IMG/VR virus record: IMGVR_UViG_3300016484_000310 | Coordinates: 1-64,000 of that record | From: a virus | Direction: 5' to 3' (one strand) | Length of the DNA: 64,000 bases | Part shown: positions 15,837-23,132 of the stretch, piece after piece | Layout: every line of letters starts with the position of its first letter | Position numbering within the stretch: position 1 is the first letter of the stretch | Notes under the pieces: model-generated | Told to the model about the DNA's origin: nothing | The model's database searches: none | Seen by the model: only the letters and a program-made list of their open reading frames with translations | Program-made: the position numbers and the translations under genes

Positions 15837-16338
15837 GCAACTTGATCTCAATTTTTTACTTGGTCCCCAGTTTACGCTGCAAGTGATCAATAATTCTGGG
15901 ACTTTTGATGTAACATTAGAAGATACACCTGAAATCTCTATAGTTGAGAGCTCAGACAGAATATTTGAACTCTCAGTAGGAACTAGAACCTCCCTATATG
16001 AAGGTCCTGTAGGGCCTCAAGGGCCTCAAGGTGCTCCCGGACCTAAAGGGGACACTGGAAATACTGGTCCACAAGGAATTGCTGGACCTAAAGGTGATAC
16101 TGGGGAACAAGGCCCCCAAGGGATCCAAGGAAACACTGGTCCTGTTGGTCCACAAGGACCTAAAGGGGACACTGGAAATACTGGTCCACAAGGTCCACAG
16201 GGGAATATAGGCCCCCAAGGACCAACAGGACCACAAACAGTCTTTGTACAAATGACTCAACCCATAGCCTCTGGACCTTGGGTTTGGTGGCAAACTGATG
16301 TAAATGGGTCAATCATTGATTGCTGGGTTCAATCGTAA
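15829..16338 (+). CDS. collagen-like repeat protein (putative tail-fibre component)
   Basis: 26 uninterrupted G-X-Y triplets. Alternative start at 15820. Confidence 0.7.
   Translation: MAEQLDLNFLLGPQFTLQVINNSGTFDVTLEDTPEISIVESSDRIFELSVGTRTSLYEGPVGPQGPQGAPGPKGDTGNTGPQGIAGPKGDTGEQGPQGIQGNTGPVGPQGPKGDTGNTGPQGPQGNIGPQGPTGPQTVFVQMTQPIASGPWVWWQTDVNGSIIDCWVQS
16003..16236 (+). repeat. G-X-Y coding repeat containing a 38-nt perfect direct repeat
   Basis: GGACCTAAAGGGGACACTGGAAATACTGGTCCACAAGG occurs at 16039-16076 and again at 16156-16193 (117 nt, or 13 triplets, apart). Confidence 0.9.
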
Positions 16339-16349
16339 GGAGAACCACT

Positions 16350-17765
16350 ATGCCTTCACAACCCTTTGCTGGTCTTGGTCAGGAAGTCACTCTCGCTTCC
16401 ATCCTCACCCGTCTGCGTCAGACCAACCTGCCCCTCAGTGACGCCGAGGCTTTGGCGGTGCGCAACGTCCCGAAATTCCTCTGGGACTGTTCTTTTGCGA
16501 ACGTTATTGCGAACAACGTTGACGCCGCATACTTCAACCTAATCCAAACCGGCGCGGGCCAGACGGTGGCGCAGACCGGAGGCAATCTTGTCTTGACCAC
16601 CGGCGTCACCCCGAACAGCGAGACCGTCATCCGGTCCAAGCGCAGCTTCAATAGCGCGCTGACCTTTCGGCAGGTCACCACTCTGTCGCAGCGGATCGCC
16701 AACCAGAATTTTTTTGCTGAACTGGTCGATGTGATCGGCGATGGTCTGGCCTATAACATCATCTCTGCGACCACGGTCGATGTGACCAAACCCGCGCATG
16801 GATTTACGGCAGCAAACGCCGGTCAGCGCATGGATCTCTGCGCGATCACAGGTGCTGCGGGCGTCCCGGTGGAAGGCGTGATCGCGTCCATTCCCGACAC
16901 AAACACGATCCGGTTTACCGTCTCGGGGTGGCCCGCCACGGGCACCGGGACGCTCAGCCTCACGGGCTGGAACAAGGTCGAGGTCGTCTACAACGGCACG
17001 ACGGCGACAACCGTCGCCATCAACACGCGGCGGCGGGGCTGGCAAAACGCCTCCACCGCCGTGTCGATCAACTCCACGGGTGCGCCGCATCAAGCCATCG
17101 TCAATCTGGACAACGGCATGGTCTCCATCCTCGACAAGAGCATGTCGTATGGCGCCGGGATATCAGGACGCGGTTGGTGGGACGCAAATATCCCACCGCC
17201 GGAGACCCCGCTCTACATCCAGCTCCGCTCGAAAAATGGCCCCGTCGCGCCCGCCAGCACAACGACGTGGACCATCGGCATGGTGCGTGTCGAGGACTAC
17301 AACCCGGTTGAGGTGAACCTTGGCGGTGTGCGGCCGCATGCCGCCCCTCAGGCGCTCAATGTGACCATGGGTGTCTCTGGATCGCGCATCGGGTTCGTGG
17401 CCAAACACGCGATCCAATACAGCGATACGACCACAAACCTTGCGGCCAGCGCGACTTTCACGGGCACAAGCCGGGATTTGTCGTTCACCACCGCCGGGGC
17501 GGCTATTACTTCGACCAGCACTCACTTGGACGAGGTCCGCGTACTTGCTGAAACCGACGTGTCGGGCGGCACCCTCGCACTGGAGGTCAGCCTGGACGGC
17601 ACGAACTGGTCGCGCATTGCGGCGCAGGCTGTCGCGGCGGTGGCGGGCGGTGGCTATACCGCTGCGATCACCCACAAAATCGCGTGGCGCTATGCCCGCG
17701 TAATCTATGTCAACGGCGCGACCGCTACAGGGCGGCTGCGCATCGGCTCTCAACTGACATCTTAA
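16350..17765 (+). CDS. putative tail-fibre / receptor-binding protein, high-GC mosaic allele
   Basis: SD AAGGAGA before ATG 16350. 471 aa. From about 16400 the GC content is far above the rest of the window. The function is inferred from position after the collagen-like gene. Confidence 0.6.
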   Translation: MPSQPFAGLGQEVTLASILTRLRQTNLPLSDAEALAVRNVPKFLWDCSFANVIANNVDAAYFNLIQTGAGQTVAQTGGNLVLTTGVTPNSETVIRSKRSFNSALTFRQVTTLSQRIANQNFFAELVDVIGDGLAYNIISATTVDVTKPAHGFTAANAGQRMDLCAITGAAGVPVEGVIASIPDTNTIRFTVSGWPATGTGTLSLTGWNKVEVVYNGTTATTVAINTRRRGWQNASTAVSINSTGAPHQAIVNLDNGMVSILDKSMSYGAGISGRGWWDANIPPPETPLYIQLRSKNGPVAPASTTTWTIGMVRVEDYNPVEVNLGGVRPHAAPQALNVTMGVSGSRIGFVAKHAIQYSDTTTNLAASATFTGTSRDLSFTTAGAAITSTSTHLDEVRVLAETDVSGGTLALEVSLDGTNWSRIAAQAVAAVAGGGYTAAITHKIAWRYARVIYVNGATATGRLRIGSQLTS

Positions 17766-17960
17766 AGGGGGCGCAAAAATGCCTATCGACGAACGCTTTG
17801 CCTACATCACGACCGCGACCGGACAACGATACCAGGTGCTGCGGTACGAACCGGACCCCGAAACCGGCGACATGGTCGCGGTTGATTGGGACGAAGCCGC
17901 CACGGCAGAAGCCGCGGCGCGGGGCGAATGATGCACGCGTCAGCCTATGCCGATGAATTG
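16400..17960. other. high-GC foreign block (about 1.55 kb)
   Basis: Hand counts on 60-nt lines give 55-62% G+C inside (16501, 16861) against 35% at 15901. The boundaries are approximate. Confidence 0.7.
17779..17931 (+). CDS. small high-GC ORF (50 aa, below the ORF-track cutoff)
   Basis: SD AGGGGG, then ATG 17779. Hand translation MPIDERFAYITTATGQRYQVLRYEPDPETGDMVAVDWDEAATAEAAARGE. Confidence 0.45.
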   Translation: MPIDERFAYITTATGQRYQVLRYEPDPETGDMVAVDWDEAATAEAAARGE

Positions 17961-18188
17961 CGCGTCATTGCTGAAACAGACGTGACTGGAGAAACTCTTG
18001 CTATTGAGATCTCATTAGATGGGGTTAACTGATCCCGTATTGTAGCACAAGCTATCACTGCTGTGTCAGGAGAGGGACTCACTGCCTCAATTACACATAA
18101 AATCGTATGGTGTTATGCTCGTGTGATTTTTGTGAATGGGTCCACTGCAACAGGAAGATTACATATTGGATCTCAAATCATTGCCTGA
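17931..18188 (+). pseudogene. 3' remnant of the displaced native fibre allele
   Basis: 17952-18188 translates colinearly with the last 78 codons of 16350..17765 (17529-17765). 55 of 78 residues are identical by hand count. The GC is low. There is an in-frame TGA at 18030-18032 where the intact copy has TGG (Trp). Confidence 0.8.
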
Positions 18189-18396
18189 GTACTAATTACC
18201 AATTCTGCTTCTAAAACTTAGACTTTGATGAAGCTATCGAAAAAATCCTCGTCCTTGGACCTGCATCATCTGAAATGGTGGTGCAGGATGTGGAAGTCGC
18301 TGTCGTCTATATAACGCCTTCTACTGTCATCATTGTCCAAGACGCAATGTTGCTCCCATTCTCTCGATGGTTGTCTAAGACATCATTTCTGGATAG

Positions 18397-19569
18397 ATGG
18401 GCATAACTGCACCAAAGAAGGAACTCCGTGGAATGCCTATGACACCCAAACAGTCAGAGGCTCTACGCCTTTGGCGCAAGCACAAAGAGAACACCACGAA
18501 AACAGCAAAGGAAATGGGAATCGGTAGATCTACTCTTCAAGAGATACTCAAAAGAGCACTCAAATGGGAAGCTGCTGAAAACTCTCCCGGTCAAATCCAA
18601 GCACTTGAGACCACAGGTCTTGATGTTGGAGTTGCTCGTCATGGATGGAGAATCGTTGTCGATCCTGTGACTGGTTCCAGAGACTCAGTGTTCTGGGTCT
18701 CAGAGAATCCAGAGATCCCACCAGAAAGCTTTACTCACAGACTCAAAGAAGCTCTGAAAGACATCGACAAACTGAAGCCTATTCCCAAGCCTGTTCAGTG
18801 TGACGAAGAGCTGTGCAACTTCATTCCTCTGGCAGATCTTCATATCGGTGGTCAGTATGGGGATCCTGAGTATCTCAAAGAGATTGAGAGATGCACTTAC
18901 AAGCTGATGGGAAGCCTTCCCAAGGCCAAGAAAGCAGTCATCCTTGAACTAGGTGATCTACTTGATGCCAATGACCACAAGGGCCTTACACCAGCCTCCG
19001 GCAACAACTGTGACGTGATCAGAGAGAACGTCCTCAAGAACTCTCAGGATGCCATCCAGATCATGAGCAGGTTCATCGTGCTGGCTCTGAGAACCCATGA
19101 GGAAGTGGAAGTCCATCTCCTCCGTGGGAACCATGATGAGACAGCCTACATCGCTGTCATGCTCACTCTCCAAGCCTACTTCAAGGACAACAAGAGAGTG
19201 AAGATTACCATCACTGATGATGATTTCAGAGTGATCCCATGGGGACTCTGTGCTGTCTTTCCGAACCATGGAGACAAAGCCAAGTGGGAAGATCTCAAAG
19301 GAGTGTTTGCAGACCAGTTCCCAGATGCTTGGGCCAAGGCCAAGTATTGGAGGTTCATCTGGACTGCCCACTTCCACCATGATCGACAGAGAGACATCAT
19401 GGGAGTCTTCGCTGAACACTTCAGAACACTCTCTGCTCCCAACAAATGGGCCAAACAGAAAGCCCTCTTTGCCAGAGGAGGCATCCAAGCTGTGACCCTT
19501 CACAAGACTGACGGTGAAGTAAATCGCACCAAAGTCAATCTGAGGCCCTTGCTTTTGCAGGACACCTGA
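18397..19569 (+). CDS. HTH-domain protein fused to a calcineurin-like metallophosphoesterase
   Basis: N-terminal TKTAKEMGIGRSTLQEILKRA (HTH). Phosphoesterase motifs DLHIG, GDLLD, GNHD, NHGD and AHFHHD appear in the canonical order. The start could be 18433 or 18439. Confidence 0.65.
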   Translation: MGITAPKKELRGMPMTPKQSEALRLWRKHKENTTKTAKEMGIGRSTLQEILKRALKWEAAENSPGQIQALETTGLDVGVARHGWRIVVDPVTGSRDSVFWVSENPEIPPESFTHRLKEALKDIDKLKPIPKPVQCDEELCNFIPLADLHIGGQYGDPEYLKEIERCTYKLMGSLPKAKKAVILELGDLLDANDHKGLTPASGNNCDVIRENVLKNSQDAIQIMSRFIVLALRTHEEVEVHLLRGNHDETAYIAVMLTLQAYFKDNKRVKITITDDDFRVIPWGLCAVFPNHGDKAKWEDLKGVFADQFPDAWAKAKYWRFIWTAHFHHDRQRDIMGVFAEHFRTLSAPNKWAKQKALFARGGIQAVTLHKTDGEVNRTKVNLRPLLLQDT

Positions 19570-19625
19570 TCTATCTTTGTCTCACAGGGATCGTGGAGAG
19601 ATTCACCAAAGATCTGTTGGTGTAT

Positions 19626-19659
19626 GAAGCCGGGGAGAAATCCTCGGCTTCTTCTTTTT
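19626..19659 (+). terminator. rho-independent terminator
   Basis: GAAGCCG (19626-19632) pairs with CGGCTTC (19645-19651), followed by TTCTTTTT. Confidence 0.75.
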
Positions 19660-19695
19660 GGTTCGCTTCGGACCTAATCAACAATGGAGAATATC

Positions 19696-19878
19696 ATGGC
19701 AAAAGCCCCCGGAAGCAACAAGAAGGCCATCGGCTCGATTCGTGCCAAAGCAGGACTTCCTGCCAAGGCTGGACGTCGTCGTCCCCCTCACCTGAAAAGC
19801 GTCCGTGATCGCAACGGTCATCGTGACTGGGTGACTGTCTCCCAAGCCGAAGCCAAGTCGGCAAAGGAGGAACTCTGA
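19696..19878 (+). CDS. small basic protein (60 aa)
   Basis: SD GGAGA before ATG 19696. Lys/Arg-rich. A partial motif TCGCTTCG lies at 19663-19670. Confidence 0.45.
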   Translation: MAKAPGSNKKAIGSIRAKAGLPAKAGRRRPPHLKSVRDRNGHRDWVTVSQAEAKSAKEEL

Positions 19879-19881
19879 ACC

Positions 19882-20298
19882 ATGAAGAAATTTCTCCTCG
19901 GGGCTGTAGCCCTTGCTACCCTCGGTGTGCTGGCAGCCTGTGAGCGGCCTGCTGACGTGGCTTCCCGAAATATCTCGATGGCTGCTGACAACTTCGAGAT
20001 CATGCGTCGGATCGTGTTCTACAATGGCATCACCGATGCCTACATTCTGGAGGTGACTGGCTATTGCTCCATCGGCAATGACAATACCGCTGACCAGTTC
20101 ACGATCACCTGCAAGGACTCGTCTGGCTTCAAGAAGCACTTCCTCGGGCTGTCGGACAACGTGACCTATTTTTCCGAACAAGTGGACTCGGTTCCGGTCT
20201 CGACGTTCCATACTCGTGTGCTGTGGCGTCCTCAGACGGTTCTCCCAGATGTGGACTTCCAAGGCTCTCTGGATGAGCTGACGACCAACAACAACTGA
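19882..20298 (+). CDS. lipoprotein
   Basis: Signal peptide MKKFLLGAVALATLGVLAAC with the lipobox L-A-A-C. Confidence 0.65.
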   Translation: MKKFLLGAVALATLGVLAACERPADVASRNISMAADNFEIMRRIVFYNGITDAYILEVTGYCSIGNDNTADQFTITCKDSSGFKKHFLGLSDNVTYFSEQVDSVPVSTFHTRVLWRPQTVLPDVDFQGSLDELTTNNN

Positions 20299-20358
20299 GA
20301 TACAGGCTATCAGCTCACCGTTGAAAGAATACGGACAAGTCGGCTCGACCTGTATGTT

Positions 20359-20392
20359 AGACCTCCCAAGAAATTGGGAGGTCTTTCTTTTT
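20359..20392 (+). terminator. rho-independent terminator
   Basis: AGACCTCCCA-AGAAAT-TGGGAGGTCT followed by TTCTTTTT. Confidence 0.85.
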
Positions 20393-20480
20393 GACCTGGA
20401 GATCGTCTAGGTGGGGCGTTTCAAGTGGGACAGAAATCGAAAGAGAACTGTATTCCCGCCCTTGGTTCAGGACACTCAGA

Positions 20481-20556
20481 CAGGGGAGATTATCTCGTCT
20501 AACCATAGGACACCCCGACTTGAGAAACACAGGTTCGAATCCTGTTCTCCGGTCCA
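20481..20556 (+). ncRNA. tRNA-like element (T arm, acceptor and CCA; no canonical D or anticodon arms found)
   Basis: ACAGG-TTCGAAT-CCTGT (20529-20545), then TCTCCGG-T-CCA. CAGGGGA (20481-20487) pairs 6 of 7 with the 3' strand. I could not fold a cloverleaf by eye. Confidence 0.35.
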
Positions 20557-20582
20557 TTTCCGTGAAACAAAGGAACCCTTCA

Positions 20583-23132
20583 ATGGAAGTCATGAATCGC
20601 GCTGAGCTGACCCAGACTGATATTCTGGTCGGCCAGAAATCTGTCACTCGCAGCTTTGGTGTCTCTGATGACCCCATGCTGATGTCCATGCTCTCGACTG
20701 GCTTCTACCAGAAGCCTCTGAGAACCATGATCCAAGAGGTCATGTTCAATGCTTGGGATGCTCATCGTATGGGCAACTGTCAGCATCGTCCCATCGACAT
20801 CTACCTGAATGAAACCACAGGTCTGGTCATTCGGGACTATGGTCCGGGTATCGAACCCGGTGAGAACGACGACAACATGCACGAAATCTATTGCATGTAT
20901 GGTGGTTCGACCAAGCGCAAGCTCAAGAATCAGACTGGTGGTTTCGGTCTGGGATCCAAATCCCCCTTCGCCTATACCGAGTCTTTCACTGTCACCTCAT
21001 TCTTTGGTGGCATGAAGAACATGTATCTCATCTCTCGGGTCTCTGAAGCCAATGAAGACAAGCCGGGGATGACTTCTCTGGTTCGTGTTCCCACCACAGA
21101 GACAGGTCTTCTGGTCACTGTTCCCCTTAAAAAAGGGGATCTGATCAAAGCTTATGAGAATGTGAAGGACGTTCTGTTCCTCAGTGGAATCAAAGCTATG
21201 GTCCATCTGGAAGGTGAACCAGACGAATTCGTAGACTCTACTACTTTGGCTGCTGGAGAATACCTGATTGATGAGAACCATCGTCAGGGGCGAATCTGGG
21301 CAGTCTACGGTGGTGTTCGGTATGAGATCCCGAACTTCGAAGAATACTCTGATGAGTATGACTTCATGAAGCTCATCTCCAAAGGCTTCGATCTCTTCGT
21401 TGGCTTTGCTCCTGACACTCTCAGCCCTCTTCCCAACCGGGAAGGTCTCAACATGGGTGAGAAATCCAAGGAGAGTGTGAAGGCTACCTTCGAACTCTGC
21501 ATGGAACGATTTGAAGTTCTGGTTGAACCAATCACTCGTCTGTTCTTCAAGATCCTGTTTGAAGACAAGAAGAAGAACGACATCCAAGGTGAGTTCGCTT
21601 TCATCGAAGTCGCCAAAATTGGTGCTGACCAAGATGCAGGTGGTCTGAAGCATGTCCTCATCGAAAGGCTTTTCAAAGAAAAGCCTGCTGATGTCGAAAC
21701 CAATCTCTGGAAAGTCATGGTTCAGCTTATTGTCTATCAGACAAGTGCTGTCATGAGGCATGTGAGTGTGAACCGCTGGAGGATGATGTTGCTCAAAGAG
21801 TTCATCAAGGTTTATCCTGAATCCAAGCCTTTGGCTTATGCTGCTCTCAAAGAGAGTTTCCACAAGGCTTTCCCTCTCCATACCAGAGATGCTTCTCAGA
21901 CCTTTGTATCTGAGTTCACTCGTCTCAAGTTCTTGAGAGATCAGGCAAATTTCGTGCGAGCCATGAAAGAAGCCTATCCTGAAGATCTGTCTTTGCATCC
22001 TGTCATGAGGGTCTGCAAGGATGACGACTGGGAGTCTGCTGGATGGGATCGTGGTTTCGCCAACATTCCCAAGACGGAATATGGAACCAAGAACCTCAGA
22101 GCTGATGATCCTCGTCTGGTTCGGAAACCCAAAGGCATCTGTCTGACTGACCTCTTCACCAAGAAGCGTGGAGAGCAGATGTCCTTCTGTATGATGGACA
22201 AGACTGTCATCATTGCCAAGACAGCCACCGTGCTGAAAGACATGATGACTCCTTCTTTGGTTCAAGCTCACAGCAACATCATGAGAGGCCGTCACTACTA
22301 CTACGACGGTGTAAGTGTTGCTTGCCCTGCTTACGTCGTCCATGAACGGAAAGGGGCATATGAGAAAGCCAAGAAGATTCTTCTGGAAATGGGATTCAGC
22401 ATCTACGAAGCTGCTGAACCAGAGAAGAGAGTCTACACTCCCAAGGCCAAGGTCATTCCGACTTATCCTCTGATTCGTCCTGCAAATGCTGAGACTTGGC
22501 AAAGCAGCAATCCGGGAGATCAGCTCACTGATCCGACTCACTTCTTCTATGCCACTCAGGCTACCCTGAAAGGCTACAGCTCGGGAGAACGTCCTGAACG
22601 TGAACTGGTCTACTGGTTCATGAAGAAGCATCCCAAGTTTGTGGCTCTCAACCACTCTCGTTCTGTGGATGCAGTCAAGAAGCTGGGAGCAATCCCCTTC
22701 TATGACGAAGTGATCAAATGGTATGACGCTCAGTCTACCAATGTGGATCGAATGATGAATATCGTTCGAGCTGCACGAATCAATGAGTGGACTCCTTTCC
22801 CGGATACCCTTCTTCGCCATCCCCTGATCCAACTGGAACTGGGTATGGAGCCTGTGGACTCCAATGATTCAGACTTCTGGTATGAATCTCAAGGGATCCA
22901 ACTTCTGATGAACACAGGGTATTACCCCCTTGTGAACACCAAACGGAAAGTTTCCAAGGATCTGGAAGATCTCTGGAGACAAGACCCAGAGTCCAAGAAC
23001 ATCCGCAAGATGTGTGATGCTTCGAAGATCTTCAACTCTTCGACCATCTCTTCTCTGTGGTCTGAAACTGAACCCACGAAACAGAATGAGTTCGTGGATT
23101 CGGTCATTACCACCCTCAAACTGTTCTCATGA
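20583..23132 (+). CDS. rIIA: rIIA-like protein (GHKL ATPase fold)
   Basis: SD AAGGAA before ATG 20583. GHKL motifs EVMFNAWDAH, DYGPGI and GGFGLGSKS. The track ORF start at 20391 would read through the terminator and the tRNA-like element. Confidence 0.7.
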   Translation: MEVMNRAELTQTDILVGQKSVTRSFGVSDDPMLMSMLSTGFYQKPLRTMIQEVMFNAWDAHRMGNCQHRPIDIYLNETTGLVIRDYGPGIEPGENDDNMHEIYCMYGGSTKRKLKNQTGGFGLGSKSPFAYTESFTVTSFFGGMKNMYLISRVSEANEDKPGMTSLVRVPTTETGLLVTVPLKKGDLIKAYENVKDVLFLSGIKAMVHLEGEPDEFVDSTTLAAGEYLIDENHRQGRIWAVYGGVRYEIPNFEEYSDEYDFMKLISKGFDLFVGFAPDTLSPLPNREGLNMGEKSKESVKATFELCMERFEVLVEPITRLFFKILFEDKKKNDIQGEFAFIEVAKIGADQDAGGLKHVLIERLFKEKPADVETNLWKVMVQLIVYQTSAVMRHVSVNRWRMMLLKEFIKVYPESKPLAYAALKESFHKAFPLHTRDASQTFVSEFTRLKFLRDQANFVRAMKEAYPEDLSLHPVMRVCKDDDWESAGWDRGFANIPKTEYGTKNLRADDPRLVRKPKGICLTDLFTKKRGEQMSFCMMDKTVIIAKTATVLKDMMTPSLVQAHSNIMRGRHYYYDGVSVACPAYVVHERKGAYEKAKKILLEMGFSIYEAAEPEKRVYTPKAKVIPTYPLIRPANAETWQSSNPGDQLTDPTHFFYATQATLKGYSSGERPERELVYWFMKKHPKFVALNHSRSVDAVKKLGAIPFYDEVIKWYDAQSTNVDRMMNIVRAARINEWTPFPDTLLRHPLIQLELGMEPVDSNDSDFWYESQGIQLLMNTGYYPLVNTKRKVSKDLEDLWRQDPESKNIRKMCDASKIFNSSTISSLWSETEPTKQNEFVDSVITTLKLFS

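Noticed and set aside
16003-16236. Regular short-period repeat that might be mistaken for a CRISPR array
   Set aside because: The period is 9 nt (G-X-Y codons) inside an ORF. There is no repeat-spacer architecture, and no cas genes are present in the window.
16418-17956. Alternative-frame and antisense ORFs inside the high-GC block (16539..17093, 16928..17311, 17163..17753, 17371..17703, 17684..17956)
   Set aside because: Stop codons are rare in GC-rich DNA, so long spurious ORFs are expected. They are Arg/Pro/Ala-rich and overlap the one ORF that has an SD and a homologous remnant.
19593-19808. 71-aa ORF after the metallophosphoesterase gene
   Set aside because: It has a GTG start without an SD and it runs straight through the terminator hairpin at 19626-19659. 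The overlapping ORF 19696..19878 has an SD.
20391-20582. N-terminal 64-aa extension of the rIIA-like ORF (track start 20391)
   Set aside because: It would begin inside the T-run of a terminator and read through the tRNA-like element. ATG 20583 has a good SD (AAGGAA).
4054-22832. Long - strand ORFs opposite + strand genes (4054..4827, 5611..6216, 7522..8256, 8389..9210, 9910..11019, 11298..12617, 13802..14419, 20997..22832 and others)
   Set aside because: Each mirrors a + strand gene with recognisable motifs (RNAP, AAA+, VWA, ThyX, rIIA). Their translations have no motifs and the gene packing leaves no room for them.
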